From Asterias rubens (lineage: Eukaryota): a stretch of 64,000 nt of DNA. A program made the translations under genes and the position numbers. The first letter of the stretch is position 1, and each line of letters begins with the position of its first letter. The notes under the pieces were generated by a model, which saw nothing but the letters and a program-made list of their open reading frames with translations, had not been told where the DNA came from and made no database searches. The stretch covers positions 7,626,001-7,690,000 of the forward strand of contig NC_047071.1 of assembly GCF_902459465.1 (NCBI RefSeq), written 5' to 3'. This document shows, one piece after another, positions 23,122-36,319 of the stretch.

Positions 23122-23506
23122 TTAAAGACAGTGGACACTATTGGTAATTATCAAAGACCAGTCTTCTCACTTAGTGTATCTCAACATATACATAAAATAA
23201 CAAACCTGTGGAAATTTGAGCTCAATCGGTCGACGAAGTTGCGAGATAATAATGAAAGAAAAGCACCCTTGTCACACGAAGTTGTGTGCTTTTAGATGGT
23301 TGATTTCGAGACCTCAAATTCTAAACTTGAGGTCTCGAAATCAAATTCGTCGAAAAATACTTCTTTCTCGACAACTATGTCACTTCAGAGGGTCCCCTTT
23401 CTCACAATGTTTTATACAATCAACCTCTCCCAATTACTCATTACCAAGTAAAGTTTTATGCTAATAATTATTTTGAGTAATTACCAATAGTGTCCACTGC
23501 CTTTAA
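23122..23506 (+). mobile_element. Family A MITE, intact
   Basis: TTAA-AGACAGTGGACAC ... GTGTCCACTGCCT-TTAA. Confidence 0.95.
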
Positions 23507-24525
23507 TTGTTGATCAAGTTTAATACATGTTTTACCTAAATTTAATAACCTGACATTTTCTCATATTGTTGAAGGTGCACGTGGCATATTGTGTATTGAC
23601 TGAAAATTAAATAGATATTAGTAAAATGGAATGCATTTTAAATACTGATAGAAAAACAAGTTGTGCTCTATTGTCACCTTTCGCTCTGCCCTATAGCGTT
23701 TATAACATGGTAAGATGAGGTCTTACACTAACAATAGACAGGGTTATTGGAGTTTGAATAACGTGCAATTCAATTGGTTTTAGCCTTTGAGACAATGGTC
23801 TGGTAGAAAACACTTTCCATTCACATTGCGGGATTCAACCTTGAGATCAGCGTGTACATCTACCTCGTACAGAGTTCTCATCGCTCGCCTCCAGGTCACT
23901 GCAAAATTCCAAGTAATTAAAACGTCAAGTAATTAAACCACAATCATTTGATACTAATATTGATTGGAAGGAAATGCAAACTTGATTGATGGGATTATTG
24001 TGGCATTTAGAAACACAAGACCTGGTGTCTTTTGATGTGAATCCTTCAGGCTCATTCCGTACGATGGAAGTAGAGTTGTTGTTTTAACATGGAGAGGAAT
24101 GGCAGCACAGAGAATGATGCGGGCAGCTCACTTTATTAAAAAACAAAGTACAAAACTGGTGCTTTATAAAACAAAAAAATGGTCCGTTGACCCCATTTAT
24201 ACGTAATATTACCTGATATAATGGATGGGTTGAAATCGAGAGAGACAATAATTGATGGCGGATTCGAACCCTCGATATATCGCATTCCGCCATAGTTATG
24301 GGTCGTTGAGCTTTCAGTCATAGTCTGATCCTAGCCTATTTTAACCTGTACCTGCCGATTAGACTATTGGCCAAACTGACCAAACATGGGTAATCGCTGT
24401 ATATATATATCAGTCAGTGGGAAAAACACAAGAGACACAAACTTTTCGTCGAATTGTATAACACAGAAACAAACTTATCGGTGTAAAAACTGAACAGCTG
24501 AAAATTAATTGTGACCTAGACAATT

Positions 24526-24599
24526 TGGCTGATGCCGGAGTCGAACCCGCGGCGACCTCAATTGAAAAGCGACGAGTGCTCCAACTGAGCTAACCAGCC
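24526..24599 (-). pseudogene. tRNA-like sequence (tRNA-Ile-like pseudogene or SINE head), not a functional tRNA
   Basis: Minus strand GGCTGGTTAGCTCAGTTGGAGC...GGGTTCGACTCCGGCATCAGCCA. 7-bp acceptor stem and intact A and B boxes, but the anticodon arm is irregular (12-nt loop). Confidence 0.6.
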
Positions 24600-25370
24600 A
24601 TTCAATTGGATGACCACCCGCGTTTAGCCTGTCCTTTGCCGTCTAAGTGTAGCACCAGCCTCTCATCAGATATCCACTTGAAATAATTTCAATTCGAGAA
24701 AATTGTATTTTGTGGCCCTAAAACTTAATTCATTTCAATATATTTATTTCCATTCCATTGTGACCCTAACACTTAATTTATTTCATTTCATTTCAATATA
24801 TTTATTCTCATTCCAACAGGTCAAAATAACAACAATAAAGAACATTATTGAAGAGAGTTGGAAATGGGATCATAACCAGAAAATCCAAAGCTTGTGGGCA
24901 TGCCCAGTCAAACAAAACCGCAACGGACTAGCAATAGCAAGCATTAAACAAATATTAACCACTTCAGATGCCGCAATATATATATATATACAATGTATAT
25001 ACGTGTTCTATAGGGTTCAAACCCCTGATGGATTTATTCGTTTTTATGTTTGACATGTTCAGATGTTAGTTATAATGATGTGTAGGGTGGGACTGAGTTT
25101 ACTCCTCTGACAGAAATAGTTACTCATCTTCGACTTCCAAAACGACAGCTCTTGGGTTGATGTATGTGTATGTTAAATATTTTGAAGAGGTTCGAACAGT
25201 CTTGAAGATCAGTATTATATGTTTTAATCCTTGTTTAGGAGAGGCTTTTTTTAAATCTTTTCTGTATAAAAACTGAAACAACAATATCTGTGGTAATAAT
25301 ATGTTAATGTTAGTTTGACAATACCTTATGCCATTTCTGAGGTTTGCGCGTATTCAATAAAACAACATTA

Positions 25371-25597
25371 TAGAGATGTTTAGTTGCACGTTCCGCGTGA
25401 ACGTGAACATCAACGTTAGAAAACTTTCGTTAAAATCTCACGTTTTTATAAGTTACCATTTTCACGCCAGGTACGTAAGTGCGCACCGACGTCATACGTG
25501 AGCATGCAACAAGCCCAAAGTGGCGACGTCACCCCAAAACAACACATTTTTTGACGTTCACGTTTTTGCTCGCGTAACGTGCAGCTAAACCTCACTA
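25371..25597. mobile_element. MITE with about 35-40-bp imperfect TIRs
   Basis: TAGAGATGTTTAGTTGCACGTTCCGCG and CGCGTAACGTGCAGCTAAACCTCACTA. Confidence 0.75.
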
Positions 25598-28026
25598 TTG
25601 TGTGAACAAAAACCGCACAAACTTTCCATCACGTACAAACTTGCATAATCTATAAATAGTAGCCACACTCACTCATCAAAAGACACTCCAACCAAACTTT
25701 GACTCAATTTGTATCTCTAAGCAGTTATAGCAAGCACACCCCAAAACTACTACCCCCCCCCCCGACTATTAAGAGTCGAGACGGTATCACGTATAGACAG
25801 AGGCAATTCGATCACGAAAGGGAAAATCTATGAGCGACTCCGGTGGCTAACATGCCTGGAGCTGAGTTGCAGTGTGGATCGACTACGTCTCATTTACAGA
25901 CCATTTTGGTGGGGTTTTGTTACCGAAACTTAAGACTAGGGGCTTGGCACAAGGCGTGATCGTACACACTGGCAGATTATTTAGGCAGTGTTTGCGGCAC
26001 CCGATACGCTGTAATACGTCTGAATGTCAAATTTAAGCTTCATCACTGTGTGCCAGTTTACTTCTGATGATAGAAAGCATGTGTTTCTACTTCCTAGGGG
26101 AAAAGAAGTTTGGTTGGATTGACTTGGGTAGTAAGTGAGTCCACTATAACATGTCAAATACATCCATATTTACACTTGAGGTTTTAATATCTATTGCAAT
26201 GCATTGATCATTGGTGATTGAATACTTCAGACTACCACTCAATTTTGTCCTCTGAATTGTTGGTTGAATTTGCTGGATTTCCTTGGTGAATTTATTTAAG
26301 AGATACACTTTGAAGTCATTGCAGTAATCCAAACTACTAAACTACCTTAATTGGGATATCATTGTATACCCCGATTGAAACATACCTCTTCTACTTGGCA
26401 AACAGGTGCCTCACACTCCAACCTAAGGCCTTCTATAGTAACAGTTCTGCATTTCAATTCTGAAACGAAAACAGAAACACAGGTTAAACGCCAGACAAGA
26501 TACTTTTTTTTTTAAATATTAAATCTTCAGATGTTTTTAAGTTTCTTTTTCGAATTCAATACAGATGTTTGCACACAAAATGCAATCATATTAATTCATA
26601 GATTTAGCTTCTTATTCAGCAAGATGCATCTCCTATAAAAGGGTTCGTCTTTGGCTTAACTTCCACTCCCTTGAATGACATACATGGTGAATGTAGATCA
26701 GACTCTATGATATTGTTACTGTTGCTATTCCGATGTAGTAGATAGATCAACGTTGGCTAAGGGGCTATTTACCATGGTCTGAGATATACGATGCCAAACT
26801 ATGCTATGAGGGCTATCCACTGTGAGAAACGTCTCTTGCTTTAGGAAAATATTGCATCTTGACATAGTCTCAAGTTTCCTAATCATGTGTGAATGGTTAT
26901 TACAAAGAGGAAATGTGGTTTGGGGGAATTTGTCAAGATGTGGAAGCTTTGACTTTAGCACCATAGACACTGAATGTTTAGAATGTTGTTCTTAATGTGT
27001 GGTATGTATGGGGTTGATATGAAGTAACGGGGCAGCGTAAGAACAGTGTGAATTCACCGGACTAAAAGGGTGTCTGTTTCGGCCGAGGGCTGGGCCCGTC
27101 ATCGGCTAATCCCAGGGCTTTCAATGGATAACGTTACGACTCAATAAATCGGAATTACTTGAAACTCTATAGTTTTCTCTCCACATTTACTGTAAAAACA
27201 GTGATAAACGAAAGCTGGTCTGTCATTTCCCCGAGAATGGAAACACAATTTTGTTTTAATATGCTGCTGAATTTCTCACTTCATTTCACTAATCGGTTAG
27301 CACGTCCCATTTAGGTCATTAGAAGATACAACGGCAATTTGCACTATACTACCCCCCCCCCCCCCACACTTTCAGCGTTTTGGCTGGCGTCCGCCAATAC
27401 ACGACTCCGTGATTGATCCACAGTTCCAATTGTATTAGCCAATCCAATCCATGGGAGTGGAAGAGCAAAGTGATGTTTTTAAATTAGATTTAGTGCTGCA
27501 ATTTTTGGATCGGTTCTCTCTGGCGAAGCGGCTCGGGTGACGGGCCGGTTTACCTATCAAGGGACGGCAATCAGCTCCGATGTAGATGGGGACGGACTTT
27601 AAGTTGGTATTAACGTATCTTGTTATTACACACTGCTATATCATTACAGTAAATCAGGTAAACATTGTGACAACAGAAAAAGGAGTCAAGCCGAAAACGG
27701 AGATCTCTTAAGCCATGATGACATGAAAGGAAAATTCACATATGAGGAAGACTCGTATCAGATTATCAATTGTTGACGTGAAGGGAAAACAACCTGTCAG
27801 TATCGTCAAACAGTTTAACTGCAAAACAATACATTTATCTTTTACAACCTTTTTAGCATTGAAGTTCAATATGCGTTGTTGTTTGGAGTTGAACCTTGTA
27901 CGATTTGAAATCACCTTAAATTTACCGAATAGAGGTATTGTCTCAGATAGAATTTTCGTCTCGGTTTTAGCATGTAAAAAAGTATTAACCAGTTATGCTA
28001 TGGTTTTGGTATAATATCATAACTGG

Positions 28027-28226
28027 TTAAGGGGATTTTACACGCTAAAATAATTTTGGTCTCATGAGACCAAAATTATTTTGTGACTTGTTTTACTCAT
28101 TTCTCAAAAACTACACAACCTTAGTTAGTAATATTTAGAGGGAAGCTTTCCACTATCATTATCTTCAAACCCCGTAAGTTTAATCTAAATCTGTGGTCAT
28201 TTTGAAAAAGTACACGAATCCTTTAA
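28027..28226. mobile_element. TTAA-flanked MITE remnant containing a perfect 36-bp palindrome
   Basis: TTAA-GGGGATTTTACACG ... GTACACGAATCCT-TTAA. Palindrome at 28047-28082. Confidence 0.65.
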
Positions 28227-28583
28227 GAGAAGTGGACACTATTGGTAATTACATAAAATAATTATTAGCATAAAACCTTACTTGGCAACGAGTAATGTCG
28301 AGAGGTTGGTAATATAAAACATTGTGAGAAACGGCTCCCTCTGAAGTAATGTAGTTTTCGAGCAAGAAGTAATTTTCCACGGATTTGATTTCGATACCTC
28401 AGATTTAGAATTTGAGGTATCAAAATCGTGTGACTTCGTGTGACAAGTGTGTTTTTTCTTTCATTATTATCTCGCAACTTCGACGACCGATTGTGCTCAA
28501 ATTTTCACAGGTTTGTTATTTTATGCATATGTTGAGATACACCAACTGTGAAGACTTATCTTTGACAATTTCCAATAGTGTTT
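28223..28583 (-). mobile_element. Family A MITE sharing a TTAA with the preceding element
   Basis: TTAA-GAGAAGTGGACACTATTGGTAATT, family core, clipped far end. Confidence 0.9.
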
Positions 28584-29719
28584 AGGTATGCAAGGTATGG
28601 GATCGACTACAACGTCTTCCGACCGCCGGCCGATGTTTGTATTGAAGTGTAGTATAGGCAGGCCTAACCGTATACATTAAGTTGACATAAAAACAGATTA
28701 ACAGAGACAACAACTGAATCTCGACATTTCACGTATTCCAAAGACACTGTCAGGTAATACGATTAACATGTTGCCAAAATACTACTTAATAATGATTAGT
28801 TTCATTCTGAAATCTACAGCCACTATAATGATTGAGAGTTATTTCTCCATCTAATACAAGGTCATGGTTGATGTAACAGTATTTGAAGACCTTTCAATAA
28901 ATTGTTGCTATAAATATATTGCCGCAATTGAAATAAAAATTGAAAGAAGAATAAGCATGGATAAAAATGCAAACATAAATTTTTGAAAAAACTGTATTTG
29001 TTTCCAAAAGAAATAAGCACCAGTTTTAAGGAATTGTTCATAGGTTGCTATAGGAAATATAATATACATATTTACAGTACTGGTACAGCATGCCCGACAT
29101 GACATTCTACCAAGCAAGGAGTTGCTTTTTATTTGTGCACACCAGGCATATCTGCAGCATTTTAAATGACCCAAAACTCCCCATCCCCCGTCTTAAATCT
29201 ATACATCATAGTGCTGATGACTGTCATAACGAGGTTTTAAAGAATAATCTGGTTATGGGTTCGAATCCAACCTAGATATTTCTTATAATGCGTCGTCAGA
29301 GTAAAACGTATTAAACTAATATAATTACTTCATTACGGAGCAAACAAACAAACTTGTCCGATTTACCGACGCAAGAATGTTATTAATTGGGTTTTTGTAT
29401 TGTTCTTTTATTGTCAATAACTCCATCAGGAGCTCTCTTCTGAACCAAAGGCTACTTTTTGTTCCATCAATAACTAAAAAAACAACCACATGGAGCCAAA
29501 CTGGCTACAGACAGTTAATTATTAAAATACAACATTAGGTAAAAAAGGAGACAGTGAACAGTGTCTTAAAACATCACTGTTCGCTTCGGAGGAATATAGC
29601 CAGAGATATTACCATAGTGAGCAGCCACTGCCATTTATTGGCACACGAAACAGTCAAGGTACTAGGAAATTACAGGCAGCTAAGCGAACCCAACGTCCAG
29701 CCGTGGTATTTCATCAAAC

Positions 29720-30145
29720 ATCGACCAATCAAAAGTTTGGCCGAGGAGACATTTACAAACGGTAAGGCCAGCCCTGTATTAATGTGCAAAGGGAAAAGTA
29801 AACGTCAATCGCGCCGGCGGGAAAAAGGGAGGAGGGGTTTAAAGCACTCGCAACCGTTCTCTGACGGTCTACACCCTAGGAGCAAATCACTCGGAAAGTA
29901 AACAGTTATTATGTGATGGATTTTTCATAAATCTAGTCAGCTTCTTGATTTTAGCGGGTGCAGTGTGTAGTGGTGCGCAGACGGCTCGGTGCGGTGACTG
30001 TGTAGAACAAGTTGACGGTAGATAGGGAGGTGTGAAGCAAGACACAGGGAAAGATAGCGGAACCCAACTGGACATCATCTCACATCCTCACGCCAACTTC
30101 ACGGTGTTCGTCCAAAGTGGAGATTCATCTCAAAAATTCTTCAAA
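29720..30145 (+). promoter_or_regulatory. Likely NR2E3 promoter and 5' UTR
   Basis: GC/CpG-enriched stretch with GACCAATCA (CCAAT box, 29725) directly upstream of the proposed first coding exon. TSS not determined. Confidence 0.45.
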
Positions 30146-30203
30146 ATGGACATGGAATCCGTCAGAATGGGGCAGGATTTGTGCTCGGATATGTCCGAAC
30201 AAG
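30146..30203 (+). CDS. NR2E3: NR2E3/PNR exon 1 (MDMESVRMGQDLCSDMSEQ)
   Basis: aaaATGG start, consensus donor AAG|GTAAGT at 30204, phase 1 matching the acceptor at 40028. Confidence 0.7.
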
Positions 30204-31450
30204 GTAAGTGACAAATATTTAAGGACAAGGTCAAATTGTTCTCTTAAACATCTATAATTTAAGGCGCTATACTCGTGCTCGTTTCTAACAAAACTCCGGG
30301 CACACAATAATGATTTGAGCATTTTGTTTGAGACTGCAGCTCAAATGATTTGGTTTGTATTAATTATTACAAGCATCCGAAGTTACTTCTGTCCCCTAAT
30401 CCAATGACGAGCAATCAAAAATGGCTTTATTTATTTGTTTCGCTCATTATTTACAAACAATACCAAATTTGTTACGTTGTTAAAATTATTTTTGGGGAAA
30501 AACACATAGCCCTATCGAGGTATTTGCAGTTGTTGTTTTATATTTTAAAAAAATGGTAAAACACTGATATAGGGCAGTTACTACAGGTAAACATAGACAA
30601 AATCACCAAGGGCCAACATGTTTATAATACATTGGTTTAGTTAATATTGCTTTTGTTTTGAACCAAGTGAAATATCCTTATTTATTTTATTTGTTATTAA
30701 TTGTTGGACCTATAAAGTACAGTTTACAAAACCTTACAATTAATAAAACATTTGCGGGTCAAGACAAAAGCAAAAAAGAAAAAAAGAAGAGAAGAAAAAA
30801 AAAAAGAGAAAACAGATTGGCGCGTCAATGATTTTTTAGATGTTCCAAAAGACAAAATACAGCAGTTAACTATGAAAGATGAAAGGACAAACCAGTGTGT
30901 GGTTTCCAATAGAATCTTGTTTTCAAATTTAGCGTCCAAAATCATAAGCTGTCACTCTGTGTTACAATTTTGTTTCGCATTGATTAGAGTTTGAGTCGAA
31001 GGGCAATCTCATCAACTCTTAGTTCCACAGATCAGGAATTCACGAGTCTATTTTGACTCTGTTTGAACCCAGAACCATAGCCTTACAATACTGGTGTCTA
31101 ATACATCCTTGCAACTCCTTAGCACACTATGATTAGGGCACAAGACAAATGCTGTCATCGTCACTCTATCCTTACATTTTCTCTTTAAATCTCCCCTTAT
31201 ATCAAACCGTCGAAGAGCAACTTTCTGTAAAACAATTTTTTAAGTAATCCATGTTGTAAAACATGGTTCGAGCTAATATAAAACAGCTACACATCAACTT
31301 AAAAGTAAATGGTAATTTTCGGCAGAAACAACACCAAGAACTGACAGCATTGAAACTAATGTCTTCAATCATTTTAAACACGTTCTTTTCAACCCAAGTA
31401 TAAAAGCGTCTCGTGTTTTCCCCGGTTCCAAAATTGTCTATAATATCATT

Positions 31451-31803
31451 TTAAAGGGAAGGTACACCTTTGGTAATTGTCAGAGACCAGTCTTCTCACT
31501 TGGTGTATCTCAACATAAGCATAAAATAACAAGCCTGTGAAAGTTTGAGCTCAATTGGTCATCGGAGTTGCGAGAAAATGGTGACAGAAAAAACACCCTT
31601 GTTGGACGAATTTCTTTGCTTTCAGATAAGAATAAAATACTTCTAGTTAGAATTCTTTTGTTATTTTAGTGAGAAATTACCTCTCTCTCTCAAAATCTAT
31701 GCTACTTCAGAGCGTTTTATACCATCAACAGCTCTCCAATGCTTGTCAGTTTTTAAGTGAATATTTGTTTTGAGTAATGACCAAACGTGTAACTTCCCTT
31801 TAA
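31451..31803 (+). mobile_element. TTAA-flanked MITE family C (TIR AGGGAAGGTACAC)
   Basis: TTAA-AGGGAAGGTACACCTTTGGTAATT ... CAAACGTGTAACTTCCCT-TTAA. Interior homologous to family A. Confidence 0.85.
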
Positions 31804-32081
31804 AAGGAATTTATATTAAGCGCATATTTTCACTAATCATACATTGTTTGTTACGCTTCGTAAAGATAGGTTTGATTGCCATCGATAGAGTTTGAGAGTG
31901 ATCCAGTCTAGCTATAAAGTTGAATGTTTTTATTAATCATTAGCATTTCTTTCGTCAATTACGTACATTTTAGGTAAACAAATGTGTGTGAATCCGTGAT
32001 TCGGGTTCATAACGATTTACATTTGAAGATTGTTGTCCACAGATTGTGGAATAATGTTGAATATTAAAATTGTACAACTTG

Positions 32082-32467
32082 TTAAAGGCAGTGGACACTA
32101 TTGGTAATTACTCAAAATAATTATTAGCATAAAACCTTTCTTGGTGACGAGTAATGGGGAGAGGTTAATGGTATAAAACATTGTGAGAAACGGCTCCCTC
32201 TGAAGTGCCATAGTTTTCGAGAAAGAAGTAATTTTCCACGAATTTGATTTCGAGCCCTCAGATTTAGAACTTGAGGTCTCGAAATCAACCATCTAAACGC
32301 ACACAACTTCGTGTGACAAGGGTTATTTTTCTTTCATTATTATCTCGCAACTTCGATGACCGATTGAGCTCAAATTTTCACAGGTTTATTATTTTATGCA
32401 CATGTTGAGATACACCAACTTTGAAGGCTAGTCTTTGACAGTTACCAATAGTGTCAACTGCCTTTAA
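32082..32467 (-). mobile_element. Family A MITE, intact
   Basis: Both TIRs and TTAA on both sides. Confidence 0.95.
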
Positions 32468-33197
32468 GCTTGAAAGAAAAGTGAACAAATTAAATTGATC
32501 AAAATCAGTATAAGCTTATTCATAAAAAAATCGTATAAACTTGAGTACTGAAACTATCAATCTTTTAAAATCGTCACAGTAAAAGCATTCATCTTTTACT
32601 TTTTTAAACTCACAAAAAAAAATTGAGATTTGATTGGATCCAAATAATATAGAAATGAAATGACGACTCGTCCATAACTCAATTCAGTCCTTGACAATAT
32701 TCCTAGGTTGCTTTAGAACGATACATTATTATGATTCCATTCACTGTGTATTGACTTCATGGGAGCAAGTCGCCTAAAGCAGTCTGCTTTTTATTGCAGG
32801 ACGCTGAGCGACTTGTCAAACCACACACACACGGCTGAATAAATGAAGGAGACAGTAATAGTACAACAACACGTCATAGATAGTTGATGTTTGCAATAAA
32901 TCAGGCACTGAACATTCTGCATAATCCCACTTTGATAAATTATACGGAAAATTAAGTTGATCAAATAAAATACCGATTTCAATGTGTGGGGTTTACCATC
33001 GCCACAAAAAGGAACCAAACATGGCTAGTGTACCAGGTATGTTGTTCTTTGTTCCCATCATATTATTTTAAAACATCTATGGGGTAGTAATAGTCTCAGC
33101 TGAAGTTGTTAACAGTTTTCAAATTAAGAATAGCATTGGATAGGACCACGAATCTTTCTGGTAATTGTGTGTAAAAGTATCGTACAGACTAAACAGT

Positions 33198-33535
33198 TTA
33201 AAGGAACACGTTGCCTTGGATCGGTCGAGTTGGTCTTCGAAAAGCGTTTGTAACCGTTTTTTATAAAAATGCATATGGTTGGAAAGATGTTTACAAAGTA
33301 GAATACAATGATCCACACAAACATGCCTCTAAATGGCACGGTTTGACTCCCATAAATGGCCGACCGTGTTAGTCGACAAGGTTAAGGGAAAACCGTGCCA
33401 TTTAGAGGCATGTTTGTGTGGACCATTGTATTCTACTTTTACAACATCTTTCCAACCATATGCATTTTATAACAAACGGTTACAAACGCTTTTCAAAGAC
33501 CAACTCAACCGATCCAAGGCAATGTGTTCTTTTAA
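33198..33535. mobile_element. TTAA-flanked foldback MITE family B (TIR about 145 bp, AGGAACACGTTGCCTTGGATCGG)
   Basis: 33198-33345 is a near-perfect inverse of 33390-33535. Confidence 0.9.
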
Positions 33536-36308
33536 GGATTAGTTTCAAGGTTAAATAGAACACTGCAAGAAGACAAATTTGTGTTGATGAGAATGAATGA
33601 TATACATTGCATGACACTGATGGTTCATCATTGACCCATTTTCAGATTCGGTTTATTTATAATAAGTAATTCTTTCTATCTTCGCAATCTATTAGAGCTA
33701 TAGATATATTTAACCATGATCTACGTCAACAATGAATAACTGATTGTGCACAAATGCGACCATGACAGTTACAAATGGCACTTCTTAGCTGAAAGCGCCA
33801 ACAAAAATCAAGGATTATTTAGAGCGGGTGTTGGGGGCTTTTGAAAATAGGTGTGACAAAGAAGCACGGCTGCCGTATGGTATACGCACCATTCCATCAG
33901 TCTAAAAACACCGCCAGGCCAGAGCGTGGCTGAGGCCCGCTCCCCGAGCAATGCAGCCAAACTTAGGGCAGGTGCTAGCCAAGGAAACTCGGATCCGCGT
34001 ACATGTCGGAACTCTCTTCCGTGTTGCATCCAAGCGAAAGCCGGCGGGCTAGCCCAGGAGAGCGGTGCGTAGCCCGAGGCTAGCAGGTCGTATAGGAACA
34101 ACCACGACGGTCCAGTCCATACTCCGGAATAGATTACCAGCTGCAAGTGGGAAAAGATCAAGCAACCCTTTTCACGCTGACTGATTTGTTTGCACTATAC
34201 ACGGACATGTCATCTGTCAATATTTTCTAAACACAAAATTTGTAAGAAAAAATTTGTCGGTTTATTACAATGGGACTTGGGGAGTATTTAACTTTATGAT
34301 AGAAATTGTTTCTTTGAAGGTGACACGCACACACGGTGATATTAGGGTAGTGCTCGGAAAAAAAATAGCAGATTTATTTGCGATTTATTACCACTTCTTT
34401 TAATATAGTCATATAGGCTCTTATCTCGAACAACATTACCCTGCTTATAACAATCACTCATACGCAATTTTCAGTATAAGTCTAAAACATGGATGCGAGT
34501 CAAGTCAAATATGACGGGTAGTTCATTTTCATTTGAGTAGTTCTTAAACCACACCCTGGTAACGTAGAAATACCGTAATGAAAAAGTGAGGTAACAAGTT
34601 TTGTGCGTCTTGGAAATGATGTTGGACACATTTTCATTATTCATCAAGGTTTGTCGCGACAAACGTATACGACTTGGCATGCGAATAACATGATGTATGA
34701 TGTTTTGAAGTCTATAAACAAATTTAAGGTTTTCATATTTTGAAGAACAATTTATTAACTAGAGCCGGTTATAAAAACCAAGAATGACTGAAACGTGAAC
34801 CCTAAAAACATTTAGCCGCAGAAGCATGGCGAAACATGCCTAAATGAGCAGGATGCATGCGTCAACCCCAAACATCGGCATAAATACAAAAACAGAGGTT
34901 CTCTGCTCTTGCACAAGCCTTACCAAATCCAAGACACGGAAACAAAATCCCGTCTAAATAAAACAGCATATTAAGAAAATGGCGGCTAGATCAACCTAGC
35001 TTGGATTCCAACCCCTGATCTTTGAATACATGAGAGAGCGCATGGGACAGCTCAAAAACTCCTCTCGACTCGTTCCATCACTTTCATCTAGTTACTATTT
35101 GGATGGGCTATACTCAGCACAATGCACTCAACCATAGTGTACCTAAACTCCCGCCTTGAACATACCGATTCATAATTCGTTTTGACTAATTGCCCCTCGT
35201 CATAATTCATCACCACTAACAACCCAAAGTTTCGCACAGCTAATCCTTGATCCTTCCACAAACCCAATTCAACCAACTACAGCCTATTGTGTTTTTAAAT
35301 TTCTGTCAATTGGTATGGACCAGAATCCTTGAATGGAAGTTTATACCAGATAGTCAATTGCTCTTTAAGTTTGTCTCGTTTAACAGTAGTTTGTATTCCT
35401 TTCTTGTTTTTCTTCTTTTTTTTTCATATCGAAGATTCCAATATATTCTTACAGATTATAGAGACGTGGTAATTGGCTTAAAATACACTTGGCTCCTTTT
35501 GCTCATCATTAGTTAGAAGATAAATGTACCATTAAACCTTAATTAGGTCAATGTTAAACAATTGGGAAGTTAATATAAAACGAAGATCACATAAATGATA
35601 TACCACCGCATACAGTGACTCTTATTAAAGTGTAAGGAGTTTTGATGAAAGAGGCTGCACCGGCCGTCTTGTCGGTAAGTCAAAGTACACTTGATTCCAC
35701 TTGTCTTCAGACAATTGTCAAGACTCTAATGCAGCATCTGACCAACTGCCCATCTGACTAAACGACTGTTGAGTTTGGAGAGCCTTGGGAGTGAACGAGA
35801 TGGGCAAGCAGCGTATATGTGGTTCCCTACATCGCCGATGATTCGAGCGAGTTACCGGCTCAGTTTAGCCCGCGGAAGGCAGGTGTCTTAGTTAAATGTG
35901 ACAGTTCACATCGCGTCAACTCCTATGGCATCGCAGCTTCAAGTCAAACCGCGCCGCCCGCCGACGCGAAGACCAAGGATGATTAAAACCAGATAAATGC
36001 ATCTGCCGCTGCTCCGTTATTTGCTTTGCTTTCTATCTGAATAAATCTCGATTTCCATAACTAAATGTTTCGGTTTTGATTTGGGAGGCCTCGGCTTGAC
36101 GGTGCGATGTACGGCGAGTTAACTTTTCGCCTCCGGGACAAAGATGACGAACTGTGTGTATGCGGAGGCCGCTATTGCCGGTGGTGCCGCGGTGCACGAA
36201 GAGTCGCAAGCGTCCTATTCCAATGCTGTGCTAGGATATTGCGAGTTCCGTTGTGATAATTGACCAAGAGCCACTCGCCATGGGCTCTACAACAGCTGTT
36301 TCACTTAT

Positions 36309-36319
36309 TAATCCGATTA
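36309..36319. promoter_or_regulatory. Palindromic P3 homeodomain-dimer site with a K50 half-site (TAATCCGATTA) in NR2E3 intron 1
   Basis: Exact TAAT-N3-ATTA containing TAATCC, beside a CpG-rich non-repeat block (35700-36560). Function inferred. Confidence 0.45.

Noticed and set aside
24526-24599. Functional tRNA gene
   Set aside because: No canonical 5-bp stem with 7-nt anticodon loop, a shortened D-loop, and a mismatch in the T-stem.
33808-34161. 117-aa ORF in a GC-rich patch of NR2E3 intron 1
   Set aside because: No recognisable domain. Length is explained by local GC richness, so a regulatory or repeat origin is more likely.
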